Shown here: positions 1 to 14,960 of the stretch, piece after piece
Layout: every line of letters starts with the position of its first letter
How positions within the stretch are numbered: the stretch's first letter is position 1
DNA from: Geosiphon pyriformis uo1
Taxonomy: Eukaryota > Fungi > Glomeromycota
Direction of reading: 5' to 3'
Length of the DNA: 64,000 bases
NCBI GenBank assembly: GCA_016748015.1
Contig: JAAOMT010000129.1
Location: 372,001-436,000, forward strand
Notes under the pieces: model-generated
Told to the model about the DNA's origin: nothing
Databases searched by the model: none
The model's input: the letters and a program-made list of their open reading frames with translations, nothing else
Made by a program: the position numbers and the translations under genes

Positions 1-1907
1 AAATACCAAAAAAAGTAAGTTTTTTAATATTTTTATTGGTTTTATATTATTAATATCAATTATAATATTTAATTTTATTTTGATTATAAATTATTATTTT
101 TTGTTTTAAATAATAATAAAAATAATAATAATAATAATATATAGTTAAATTTAATTTAAATTATATTAAATTTTTGAATAAGTAATCATAATATTATTGT
201 AAATATTAAATTAAGTTTGTGTTTCAGTTTTTATTAGTTATAAAAAAATATATATTAAGCTTTTTTTTAATATTTTTTTAATAATATTAAAAATGTTTTT
301 GGTATTTAAATAAAATTTGCTAATTTGTAATAATAAGTTGTTATTTATTTTAAAGTTTTTAAAAATGTTTTTGCTTGTTGGTTAATTTTGATAAAAATAA
401 TATTAAATTTTTTTTAATATTTAAAAAAAAATTATTTTATATTATAATATATTTAAAACCAAGTTAATTAATTTTTTTTTGACTGTATTGTTTTTAAAAT
501 TAGTAATTTGGTTTTTTAAAATAATAACTATACTTGTTTTATTTTTTTGGTTTTTTAATTACTAATAAAAATTTATTATTATTATTTTTAAATATAAAAA
601 TATTTTTAATATTATTATTTTTAAAATTAGTATTTTACAAAAAATTTTTAAGTATTAGTATTATTATAAATATTAAAGTTTAAATTATATGGTTTTTAAT
701 TATAAAACTGTTTTTTTGATTTGTTAAAACTTTTTTTAAGTTTTTTATTATATTTAAAATTTTTATAAATTAATTTATTATTTTAATATATTATATTAAG
801 ATTATTGTTTTTTATGTTAAATATTTTTAATTTTTTCAATATTATTATTAATAAAACATATAAATTTAAGTTAAAAATACTAAAAATTAAGTTGTAAATT
901 CTATTTAATTTGGTAAAATTTATGATTAAAAAAATTGGATTTTTGATAAACTTAATTATTTTTTTTAGCTATTAAAATAAATTTTGCTATAATATTAAGA
1001 CATTTTTTATTTTATTAAAAATTCAGATTTAACATATTTTTAAAATAATAATTGATTTGTTTAAAAGTTTTAATTAGTTTAAAATCAAATAAAAAACTTA
1101 TTTTATAAATTTTTATAATTTTGAAAATTAGGTTTAATTATTATTATTTATAATAAATTGTATTAAATATAAATTACAACAAAAAAAACAATGTTTTTAA
1201 AAAAATATGTAAATATGTGCATAATAAACAGATATTTGTAAATTATTTTGGTAAGATTTAAAATATTAAATGTTTTTAATTTAAAATATTTATTTATTAA
1301 TTTAAGTTTAAATAACTATTTATATACATAATTTATGTTTATAGTTATTTTATATAACTAATATAGTCGATAGAAAGATCATACTTTGTAAAAGCATAAA
1401 AAAAATAAAAATATATATTGTAAAAAATTATTGTAAATGCAAAAATAATAGAAAATAATTAAAAAGTTTTTTAAAAATTGCAAATTATTTAATTTATTAG
1501 AAATATATTTGTTTAATAATATGGTTTCTAAAATATAAATTATAATTCATTTAATATTTAATTATTATATAACTTTAATTTTAATTACAATTAAATTTAA
1601 TTAGTACAATAATAATTTTTAAAAAATTTTTTTTTTCAATTTTTATTAAGATTTTATTACAATAATTTTTTTAGTTTTGTAAAAATTTTTAATATTTATA
1701 AATGATTAAATAATAATTAAATAATAATTAAATAATAAAAAAGTTATTAATATATAAAAATTATAAATTAAATCATAATTAATTTTTATACTTAATTTAC
1801 AATTTTGAATTAAATTAATGGAAAGTGTCATTGGTTTTAAAAAAAATTTTATTATAACAAAATATTACAAATTTTGGGAAATAAAAATGAAACTATTTTT
1901 TCATTAT

Positions 1908-1968
1908 ATAAATAATAATAATAATAATAATGATAAAAATAATAACAATAACAATAACAACAATAATA
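1908..1968. repeat. (AAT/AAC)n trinucleotide microsatellite
   Basis: Run of aat/aac triplets; source of the poly-Asn ORF 1818-2063. Confidence 0.8.
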
Positions 1969-2631
1969 AGTCGGTTGTAAATTACCTTTTTTACAATTTT
2001 CAATATTGTTTAATAAAAATAAATATCTTTATTTCTATTTTTAGTCCAATAATTTATAAATAGTTATAAATATTAGATTAGTATTTATAAATTTAAAATT
2101 AAATAATAAACGTTAATATACCTATATAATAAATTTTTTTTTTATAAATTATCTTTTTTTAAGTATTTAACCCATAAAAAATGGTTCATCAAAAAACCCT
2201 AAAGTTTTCGTTTACTAAGCAAAAATCAAAGTTATATCAAATAAACTTTCATTTTTGAATAGCCAGCCAATATTATGTTAAAAATTTTGCCTTTTGACCA
2301 ACATGAATAAAAAATAAGATGTACTTTTTTCTATTGTTTATTCTACTTTTCGAGAAATTTCAGACTTTAAGTTAAAATTATATTAAATTAAATTATGAAC
2401 ATCCCTAAAAATTGATCGTATTTGATCATAAACATTCTGAATATCAAAGATTTCATTTTTTAACAATAGAAAATGATTAATCAAATTTGGAAACTCCATT
2501 TAGCCCGGAGATAATCATGATAAAAATTCAATATTCAAAAATTCCAAATCCGGAACCATTTGAAGATCCTATTAAAAATAAATCAAAAATCAAAAAATCG
2601 TATCTTCCAAAAAAAATCCAACTTGATCAAA

Positions 2632-4293
<1,662 letters not shown>

Positions 4294-4919
4294 CCTTTGA
4301 AGTTAATTAAATTTTCAATTGAACTAAACTTTAAGTGAACTTTTGTGTTTGTACTTTTATGCCATTTCACAATATCTGCTTGCTTAGCAGAATTATTGAT
4401 TTTCTATTCGATATTTGAGCAAAGTTTTTAAAATTGACTTACTGAATCCATTTCTTGAAAAGTATTCCCATCAATTATTGGAAAAGTATAAAAGAAAAAT
4501 GGCAATACTCAATTTAGGACTTTTCCTCCATACACATTGGAAGCATTTCATATAATCATAAATCATAAACCGCGGGTTATAATATTTAAAACTTTTGTTT
4601 GACAAAACCTTGCACAATCCAATTAAACTCAATATTGACCCAAAATTTTGTTAAAACTTCCTCATTACGTTTTATTAGTGTCCTGTCCTGAAACCCTGAG
4701 GCAATTTTCCAAACTTCTTTGTGAAAAATCCAAATCCTTTTAACTTTTACCACTTTTGCCATTTTTTTATCTTTTTTTAATTATGAAATTTAGAAATGTA
4801 GTAAATGCGGCAAAAAATTTTTTAAGTGTTTATAAGATATAATTTTAAAGGTGTGGAGTCTAAATGAAATTTCGGAAGTTTGACACTCTTATCAAGATAC
4901 AAGTTTTTTCTTGAAAAAA

Positions 4920-4938
4920 CCCCCCCCCCCCCCCCCCC
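4920..4938. repeat. C19 homopolymer (G19 on minus strand)
   Basis: 19 consecutive C in an otherwise AT-rich intergenic region. Confidence 0.9.
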
Positions 4939-5511
4939 TACCGCTAATCTCTTATCTAGTTTACGAGATCCTTGAATAATTTTATGAATTGGGCTTTGCA
5001 ATCTTTTTTTTTATTCTTGTAAAAAAAACTCCTATTGTTCTATAGTTTTTTTTTTAAAAAATATGTAGTTTAAACCCTGGCTCAAAGAAATTTTCAAAAA
5101 ACAACAGAGAAAACAAAAGGAGAAAAAAAAGAAACTTTGAGTAATTGGGATTCGATCAAAAAGAATGGAATGGTCAGGTCTGGTCTGGTTAATTCCAAAA
5201 TTTCTTATGACTCTAATTAGTGAACAAAAAAATATAACGTTTTCTTTTCTACAAATTTCAAATTAACCATTATTATCTTTATCTTTTTTTTTTGTGCAAA
5301 GATTCAAATTGATTTTTTAACAATATATATTTTTTTACTGGGTTGGTGTAACTGATTAATTATATTCAAATATTTCAGCCATTCAAAATTTCTATAGATA
5401 AAAATGTTCTACAATTAGGAAATGGAATTTTCGGAAACTATCAAAAATTGTATCACAATTAAATTTTCATTGTCAAGATTAAAATTATTATGATATTGCT
5501 AATTTCTTGGC

Positions 5512-6495
5512 TTAATCTTTCCAATAACCATTTAGTTTATGCCATTCCTCAATGGATAAATCTGGATACTCATCGAAAAGGTCAGCATTATTAGGCACTG
5601 ACGCCCAGTTCGCCTTATATTTTAACATTATACATATGGGTCGTTTAGCTGGTAGAAGAGGCGTATCAATGGCTGAGGCGAATGGGTAACACTTGAGAAA
5701 GATATAATAAATAAAGACGGGCGAATTAAGAAAATATATAAATAAAGATGCAAATATTAATGAGGAACTACAAACCCATTGAGGCCATAGTGGATGATAT
5801 GCCCATAGCATGGTAGAGCATTCACCACAGAAATGTCTACGATTCCCACTTTAATAAAGTTTATAATAAAATAAATAAATAAATAAATAAATTAGTAGTG
5901 TGTGTTTATTAAAAAATGCTAAATTTCATAAATTTTATTCACCATTCAACTTGTTCATCTTTTGGAACATCTTTATCCTTGATCCCACGGTATATTCTTA
6001 ATTATAGATATAAATTACAGATATATTTAAAAATTGTTCAAAACATCACAATATAAGAGCAATAGGGGAAAGCTTACTTGACAAATTCTGTGCCTTTAAC
6101 TTTCAATGTATCTTTCTGTATATAGTGGTCAATCAAAAGGATGAGTAATAATATAAGTGTCAATCTCAGAATTTGAGCATCAATAAGAAAGATTCACTAC
6201 CTGACCCATGATATTAATAGTATATCCACCACCGCCATTAACTTTTCGACAAATTGAACTGACAAAAGAAGAAAAAATTTATCAAGTTGAATTTTTACAA
6301 ATATTTATAAGAATAAGATCTATTGACCTTTCCCTTAAACCTACATACCAGTAACAATAAAGATATGGAACACTTGTATGAGATTTCACCTAAACATTAT
6401 CAAAATCTAAGGATATTTTCCAAAACTTTTGAATAAGTTCTCTCACATACCGTAAATTTCACTCTCTCGCAATGACACGAGCCTTCAAGTTCCAT
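5512..6495 (-). CDS. GFA/CENP-V (Mss4-like) zinc-binding protein, 7 exons
   Basis: Spliced translation MELEGSCHCERVKFT|VKSHTSVPYLYCYC|SICRKVNGGGGYTINIMGQ|KDTLKVKGTEFVK|IYRGIKDKDVPKDEQVEC|GNRRHFCGECSTMLWAYHPLWPQW|CYPFASAIDTPL...EEWHKLNGYWKD*. Shows the CxC, CxCxxC and FCxxC motifs of the GFA family; all introns GT-AG. Confidence 0.88.
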
Positions 6496-7315
6496 GCTAG
6501 TCGATATATATTAAAAAAACTAAAAATAATTATTTCGGATCATTCATCTTTATAATTAAACAAATTAACTAATAAACTTAATTTATGCAATATGAAAGAT
6601 TATCATCAAATAAAATGTTTGATGGATCTCGCAGTCACATCTAGAATTATACAAATTTTTCCTCGAAAAAAAATAATCAGACCAACCACTTTTATAATTA
6701 TTTTAGATCAATGATATTTACTCGCTCTCTCTGACTTTCCATCAATATCCAGTTATTGGTTCGTATTACATAAGAACAGGTTTAACATATTTTGTTACTT
6801 TGCAGGCTGCAGCAAACTAAAAATAAATGAATCTATTTGATGGAACTTCTCTGTATCAGGAGAAATGCACGACTCTCATTGTAACAACTTTTCAAATTAT
6901 AGTAATAGATCAAAGTTATAACAAGTTAAAAACAAGCCAAATTGCGCAAGATCCCTCGGTTTGTTTCTCCCCGAGAATTGGCTTTTATTGTAATGGAATT
7001 ACATAATGTTGAATTTGAATTTTTTTTCCAGAATTTGGAATTGCTTATAATGTATAAATGCCTTGACTTTATTTGAAAAGTCCAACCTTCCCCAGATTGA
7101 CTTCATCCCATCTTTCTTTTTTTTTTTAAATTCTTTTTCCTTTTCTTTTGTTTCCTTTTCTTTTCTTTTCTTTTCTTTCTAAACTCTCGAATTTAAAACA
7201 AAACACCAGATATCAGGGTAAAAAGTCCCTTGCGGAGATGAGTTTATCATTTTTTTTTTTGGAAAACCACCTAGCATACTAATCAAGCTCATTTAACTGA
7301 AACTTCTCTTGAAGA

Positions 7316-9523
7316 ATGCGTTTCAACCCTATTGAGCCTGAAAAGGTTAAACTCGAACTCAAGAAATTTACTTGGGAACAACTTGCTCAGCACAACAAAT
7401 CAGACGACGCTTTCATTGCAATTCGTGGTAAAGTGTATGACGTTACCAATTTTTTAAAACGTCATCCAGGCGGTGAGGACATTTTATTACTAATTGCTGG
7501 GAAAGATGCCACTCAGGTATGTTGAATTTCTTTCAATAATCAAATATCTGATTGTATAACGTTCTTCGACCCCTAAACGCGTTTGATTCACCAGCCCTTT
7601 GAGACGTATCATGAACTTGGAAAGATTGATGCTATACTTAAGTGGGCATTTAGTTTATGCTTTTTTTTATTATACATCACGGACGATAACGCGGATTCGC
7701 TAAATAATATTTTGATTAAGGAAATTTCACGTTGGAACCCTTATTACAACGGAATTACCAACATTTCCGGAAGTTAGTGATTTCTACCGAACTGTCAAAA
7801 AGGTACTAAATTTAACGCGTTTTTATTACCGTTACTTCTATTGCTCTATTCAATTTTTCTTGTTTATACAACAGAGGGTCGAAAATTACTTTATAAAAAA
7901 TAAAATTGATCCAAAGGTAACTTGACCGATCTCTATTAATTTTGTCTTGAATCAAAATTTTTATTATTGATCACGCGTTTATTCTAAAGAACTCGATAGA
8001 CATATGGATCCGATATCTTTGGATTTTTGGATCTTTTCTAGCCTGTTACTATGCACAGCTTTTCGTTCCATATGTGTTGGAAAGAACTTGGCTTCAAGTT
8101 TTCTTCACAATAGGTTTGGGTTTCACTGCAGCTCAAATTGGCTTGAATCCTCTTCACGACGCGTCACATTTTTCTGGTGAGCTTATCATGCATTTCAACA
8201 TGGGTTCAATCAATTATCATTCACTGATTTCATAGCTGACATTATTAGTGACTCATAATCCCTGGATCTGGAAAATCTTGGGCGCTACACACGACTTTTT
8301 TAATGGGGCGTCTCATCTGGTTTGGCAGTATCAGCATGGTCTCGGTCATCACATTTACACAAATATTGCAGGTATAAAATTGCTTTTCATGAATTATCTG
8401 CGGAAAAGATTTTTAATGATCATCCTTTCTAATTCAAAGGTGCTGATCCTGATGTCATGACCGGTAAGAAGACGTGTCTCTTGAATTCCATACAACATGG
8501 AAATTTGGAACTAATTTCAAATTCCCAATTGACTTTTCAGGTGATCCTGATATCCGACGCGTTAAGCCGAGTCAACGATGGTATTCTCATTACTTGAACC
8601 AACATATATTTGTGCCCATTCTTTATGGCTTTTTGGCAGCCAAAGTTCGTATTCAAGATGTCAATATTATCTACCTATTGAAAACTAACGACCATATCAG
8701 AGTCAATCCATTAAATACCTGGCATACCACAATATTTTGGGGAGGAAAGGTGGGTTAATAATATCTTTATCGAAATAAATTTTGGATACTACGTCTATAA
8801 AAACGATTTTAATGAGACTTTCCATCATTAGGCCTTCTTTATCTTTTACCGAATAGTTATCCCTCTGTTCATTTTGCCTGTCAAGAAATTTATCATCTTA
8901 TTCATCATTGCCGATTTTGTCACTTCATATTGGCTGGCTTTAACATTTCAGGCGAATCATGTGGTTGAGGAGGTAGAGTGGTAAGTGATTAAATTTGATC
9001 AAGTCAATTTTATTTTTTCGATTGATTATTTGATCAATCATGGTATCATTATAGGCCTCTTCCAGATTCCACGGGTTTCATAAACAAAGATTGGGCAGAA
9101 ATGCAGGTAAATAGTCCAAAATCTTCAGATTGCAGAATTAAATTTATTCATTAATACTAAAAATGAACGATATTTAAAAGGTGGTCACAACACAAGACTA
9201 CGCTCACGATTCCCCATTATGGACCTCGATTGCTGGTTCGCTGAATTATCAAGCCGTCCATCATCTTTTTCCACAAATTTCCCAGCATCATTACCATAAT
9301 ATCGCCCCCATCGTCAGGGCAACTTGCAAAGAATTTGGTATCCGATTCTTTTATAAGGTATTGAATATCGATAAATCTAAATTTTCTCGCTTTGAAAATG
9401 ATAACTTAGAAATTAATCCTCACCTCAATAACATAGGATACATTTTGGGAAGCACTCTCATCACATATTGAGCATCTTCGACTATTGGGCTTAGAACCAA
9501 TCGATGAACAAAAGACGGAGTAA
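7316..9523 (+). CDS. Cytochrome b5-fused front-end fatty acid desaturase (delta-5 type), 12 exons
   Basis: HPGG cytochrome b5 motif; His boxes HDASH, QHGLGHH and QAVHHLFP. Long stretches ([54 protein letters not shown]) match my recollection of Mortierella delta-5 desaturase. Includes a 24-nt exon at 8440-8463. Confidence 0.93.
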
Positions 9524-10505
9524 AATATGACCTTTGCGAACAATTGTTAAAATGTACAGGTATATATAGACTAAGTACCGAATAGACTATTGTACGTGAA
9601 AAAATACATTTTTAGATCTCTTTTGTATAATACCACATACAACATAGGATTATAATCTATTTATTCTAGTAAAATTGAGTGATAATTTTTGGACGATTGT
9701 GAAACTTTCACAAACGTTTATGTTTAAGGGGTAGATCTATATACATTAGGAAGACAAAGCAGTGTGATCATTAATAATCAGTCAGATTTTCTGTACCATT
9801 ACTGATGTGATTGACGGCAAAACCGTTTCATAAATGATAAAACGACAGTAAATACCCGATTTTGAAGTAAATCAATAAATAAATTTAAGCCCCTATTTTG
9901 ATGAATCGGCTTTAGAATAATTATTGCATGCTTTTACCGAATGTAGCCTTACCCAAAAATACAATGAAATTGGTAATTTTCAGATTGACAAAATTATTAA
10001 ACTTAACAAAATATAAAATATTTAAATTAATTCATGTATCTTTTTTCAAATCATTTACTTTTGAAACTAAAATTGTTTTTATTGTCTTATAACAATTTTT
10101 TTGTTCAATATATATAAGTAAAATATATATATTAACAATTATATTATTTTTTGTTATACTTGTACTATTTTTTTACAGTTTCTACTTTTTCAAAATCTTT
10201 AATAATTGTAAATGTTTTTTAAATTTAAAATAATATATATATTTTAAATTGTTATGATAAAATAAGATCTTTTCATTATTTATTCTAAATATAACAAAAT
10301 ATTATTTATTGTAATTTTTTTTCATGTTATATTAAATTGGTTCTTTTGTTTTAAAAACTTTATTAGTTTAACAAGTAAGACTTATTTGCTATTTAGTACA
10401 ATACAATAACTAAGTGTTTTAAACTAAACATAAATCACACATTAATTACATATGATTATTTGGACTGATTAAGACAATACTATAAATCTATTATTATAGT
10501 AACTA

Positions 10506-11975
10506 CAGTGTGTTGCGAAAAAAATTGGACAAAAATACACATCACAAAACTTGATACAGTTTAACCAATTTTAATTAGTTTAAGTAGTTAAATTAAAAAA
10601 TAAATACTAAGATAAGTGGCTAAATATAATAAATTTTTTTTATGTATTTTATTAATAATTTTTTTAAATAATTTTTTTAAACAATAATACTTTTTAAGCA
10701 AAAAACACAGTGCCAAATCATATTATATTTTTGGAATAAAAAAATATAAGATACAATTAAAATAAAATAATAAACAAATATATTATATTTTATTATTTAT
10801 AATATTCTTAAAAACTCAAAAAAACAAGAATAGTAGAACATATAAATAAAAATAATCAGCCATAAAAAATTAAAAGAAATATATTATAAACATTAAAACA
10901 ATACTTTTATTGAGATTTTTTAATATCTTTAAGAACTTTGAAAATAAAATTAGCAATAATATAAATAATCTTGATTGGAAATTATTTTTCTAAGAAATTT
11001 AGTTGATAAATAATAGTTTTATTTAGTAAATAACACAAGTGAATTTTTTAATATTTTGAATTATAAAAATTCTATTTTCAATATTATTTCTAATTTTTTT
11101 TTAATTTAAAATTTTTTTTGGATATTTATTAAAAATAAAAACTAAAAAATAATTAAAATAAAAGATTAGAATCTAACAAAATTAAACTGTTGAATAAATT
11201 GTTGTTTTTTTTAATATTAAAGCTATTATATATATATATATTTGTTGTTCTATAAGAAAATACATTATAATATTTTTTTAATATTTTAATCTAGTATTTA
11301 CTACTATTACTAATTGGTATTTGTTATTATTACAAGTTAGTATTTGTTGCTATTACAAAATAGTGCTTGTTACTATGTTAATTATTATTTTTTTAATATT
11401 ATTATTGTGGTATATTATAATTTTTTTGTTAAATTTTTAAATTATAACAATAAGAAAAAAATAAGTTTATTTTATAATAGATATTAAAATTTTATATAGA
11501 AATTATTTATGAATATTTATTTAAGATAAAAAAAATATTAAAGAATAAGTAATAATTTTAATAAAACAATAACCCAAAATACACAAATTATTTAATTAAA
11601 GTCTTTTTTAAGAAAATATACTTAAAATTATAGCTTAATTATCTAATAGTTCTAACTTTAATTTTATTAAAAACTTATAGATTATTGTAAAAAAAATATA
11701 AAGAAATATATAATTAAAAATCAAGATAAATTAAAACAATTTATAAAAAAAGTAACAAAATATTTTTTAATCTATTTTAATTGAGTTAATAACATTAATA
11801 AAATATTATTATAAGATAATAATTGCAAATAAGAGAAAAAAATATTATAATAAATCTTTTTTAATAAAATCATGTATTTTTTAGTTTTTTTATAATATAT
11901 AATTTGTATTTTTTGGTGTATTAAATAAAACACAGTAATTAATTTTTTTTGTTCAATTTTTTTTACAATACACTA
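10506..11975 (+). mobile_element. Degenerate Tc1/mariner DNA transposon with TIRs and TA target duplication
   Basis: Left TIR TA|CAGTGTGTTGCGAAAAAAATTGGACAAAAA and right TIR TTTTTGTTCAATTTTTTTTACAATACACTA|TA differ only by C->T/G->A. Relic motifs NNNPKYT (=DNDPKHT, ~11565) and SNSSNFNFIKNL* (=SNSPDLNPIENLW, ~11640). Confidence 0.8.
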
Positions 11976-12650
11976 TATATTATAAATACCAAAATAAAAA
12001 AAACATAATAAATATGTTTTAAAAAATATACTAAATACTTTACAAACACTTAATAAATAGATAATATTAATTAATAATAAGATAAACAAACTACAAATTA
12101 TAAAAAAAAACAACTATTACTTATTAACATGTTATATTTTTCTAAAATTATTTTATAATTAAATTTAACCAACCAAATATTAATTTAATAACTTATAAAA
12201 CAAAATTTATCAGTTTATATATGTCAATTTTAAATTATTGATTTTTTATCTAACAAATTTTTAAATATGTTAACTAATTTATTATAATTAATTTTAATTA
12301 TTATACCAATAAAAACAACATTATTAATATAAGTTAAAAATAAATATTATTAAGTTTATTTACTTAAAATTAAATTAATAATAATGGTTTTTTTGATTCA
12401 GTTTTTTATTATATTATTTACACTAATTTTAATATAATATAATTTTAAAACCAGATTATTATTAATAATAAAATATTTAAAACTATTTTTTTAAATAAAT
12501 ATTTTAAAACATTATAAATTATTTAATTTTTGTTAATAATAAAATAGTTTATTAATTTAAAAACAATTAGTCAAATATTAGCATTAAAAACAAATTAAAA
12601 AGCATAAAGTTTTAAAATTTTATAATGTTTTTTGGTCTTTAATTATATTT

Positions 12651-13879
12651 GTCTATTTGAACAGTTAGGCTGCTTTGGATGCTTGCAAATCAGAATTAAG
12701 TTTAATTTATCCAGATTTTAGGAATCACTGTTGAGTTGAGTGTCAACACATTGTGAACATTATTAGAAAAAAGAATTTGAGTGTCAGTTAGCACAAAGTA
12801 CAGAACTATTTAGGTGTCATAGGCAATGAACATGCTGATGCACTTGCCGATGTAGCTTCTTTTTCTCCCTGGTATCTTATTCCGTGTGTGAATGAACATT
12901 ATATTTTGGCTGATGGGAATGTTGTTTTTGGTAATTCTAAACATTTTGTTTATGAGATCTTTCAGTCTATTCAACATGCACGTTGGGAGGTTGGTTTGGA
13001 TTCTAGGGTTTTGGATAGTAGTCTGCATTCGGATGTTGATTGGTTTAGGTTATCATTGGTGTGGCATTCAGACTTGTACATGGCTGCTGGCTTTATTAAC
13101 AGATTTACAGCTGGTGTTCACACATATTTCATGAAAGCCCTACACTATTGGTTGCCAGTTGCTGTTCAGAAGCAATTGTATAACAGATGCTATCCCAGTA
13201 TGCTGTGTTTGTATTGTGGTAAGATTAAGGTTTCTGACCATGCTTTTTCTTACGCAGTAGATAATTCTGCTCATTGTTGCTTGTTGGATGCTCATGCCAC
13301 TGCTTGGAGTCTTCTTTCTGGTTGTTTTATTTCTTCTTTAAGTGTTTCTTAACTTTTGTTTTTCTGTGCTTCAAATGTTGCAGTTTGCACAGCTCTTTGC
13401 AAGGACTTTGTTTTTAAGAATTGGCTTCAGAAAGCTGTGTCTGTCTTTGAAGATGCCAAAATAGCTGGTCAAAAGATTATAGAATTTGTGTGTAACTTGT
13501 GTCTTGTCTTTAGGGATGAGATTTGGTTGGTCCATGCTAAGCATTGTGTCTACATAAAGAAGAATGATATGATACCTAGTGACAGTTCGGCTGTAGTTTC
13601 AATTTCAGGACTGTCTGCATTGCTTTCTGTGAGTGTTGTTAAGTTGCTGGGTATTGCTGAGACAGTTGATGTTGGCTTTGATTTTTGTAAGTCTTGTTTG
13701 TTTTTCTCAGATATTGGAGACTCAATCTCAGTGCATATAAGTGTTTAGTGTGGTCCTGATTGGCCCAAGTGGCTGGTTGTGTGTAGAAAATGCATGATTT
13801 ACACCTAGTTTAGATCAATCAATTGATATATTGTACTAGGTAGTGTTTGGACTTCACTCATAAAATGTTAATAAAAAAA
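12651..13879 (+). mobile_element. 5'-truncated LINE (RNase H C-terminal half, C-terminal zinc finger, 3'UTR, A tail)
   Basis: Starts at the (D)SQAALDACKSE motif; CLYCG..SDH; conserved 3'UTR; A tail; near-perfect TSD AATTATAT(T/C)T at 12641-12650 and 13880-13889. Confidence 0.9.
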
Positions 13880-13935
13880 AATTATATCTAATAAAACAAT
13901 TTTAATACACAAATTATTATTAACTAAAATTTTTA

Positions 13936-14189
13936 ATGGTATGGTCAAGATGCTTAGTATTGTTGAGTCTTTTGCTGTTAGTTTTGGCTATTAAAGATCT
14001 TGTCTTTTTTATTTTGATTTGGGTGGTAATATTTGTGTTTATATAGGTGTATAGTATTGCTTTATTTGGTCTGAGTGATTAGCTACATGTAGTAAGTGCA
14101 TGAGTCATGTTTAGTTTGAACCACTTAGTTTGGCTCTATATACTAGATAACAGTTGGGTTTTATTTATTAAGCTTTAATAAAAATAAAA
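13936..14189 (+). mobile_element. Very short 5'-truncated LINE (ORF2 tail plus 3'UTR)
   Basis: Homologous to the 3' end of 31373-32113; TSD TAAAATTTTTA at 13925-13935 and 14190-14200. Confidence 0.85.
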
Positions 14190-14960
14190 TAAAATTTTTA
14201 CTTTAGTAGTTTTAGCCAAATTTAGATAAAACCAATAATATAACAAGTTAAAAAATTTAAATTAATTATTTAATTAAAATATCTTAATAATTTTTAAAAT
14301 TAAGAGTTTTAGTTTATATAATTAAAACAATTTTAAAATTTTAAAATTATTAAAACCACAAAATTAACTTTTTTTAAAATAATTTTAACATATTACATAT
14401 AATATTACATAAAAACAATTATATTAAGTCTAAATTTTTGGCATAAACAAAATAAATAAACAAATCAGATTTAATATTTATTTTAAATAAAAAAACATTC
14501 TTAAAATATGATTATTTTTTAATATTGTATCTTTAAAATTATATTATTATTTATTTTTATTGGTTTGTTTTCTTAATAATATTAATTTAATGTTTAAAAA
14601 ACCACTTAAACTTACAAACACAAAAACAATTTTGTAATTAAAATTGAAAAAATTATTTGTATTTATAATTATATAATTAATTATAATATTAGTTAATAAA
14701 ACAGAAACAAAAATATAATTAATTATTTTTTTAACTTTTTATTAAAATTTTTATTTAAAATAACAAATAAGTTCTTATTTATAGCTTTAGTAATAAGTAT
14801 ATTAATTAAATTAAATAAAAAAAAACTCTTTCTTTCTTTCGTCCAAAATTTCCAAAAAAGAGTTTAAAGTTTTTTCGAAAGAAGTTTTTTTACTATTCAG
14901 TATGATAAATCAAAACCATTTTTCGATTACGAGGCCACTGTTGGCTCTGTTATTGCTGTT

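Noticed and set aside
1818-2063. Poly-Asn ORF, and the similar I/K/N/F-rich ORFs at 37663-37902 and 38834-39178
   Set aside because: Compositional artefacts of microsatellite or eroded AT-rich DNA.
5512-6495. Recent bacterial horizontal transfer of the GFA gene
   Set aside because: It resembles bacterial GFA proteins but has six spliceosomal introns; origin cannot be judged without a phylogeny.
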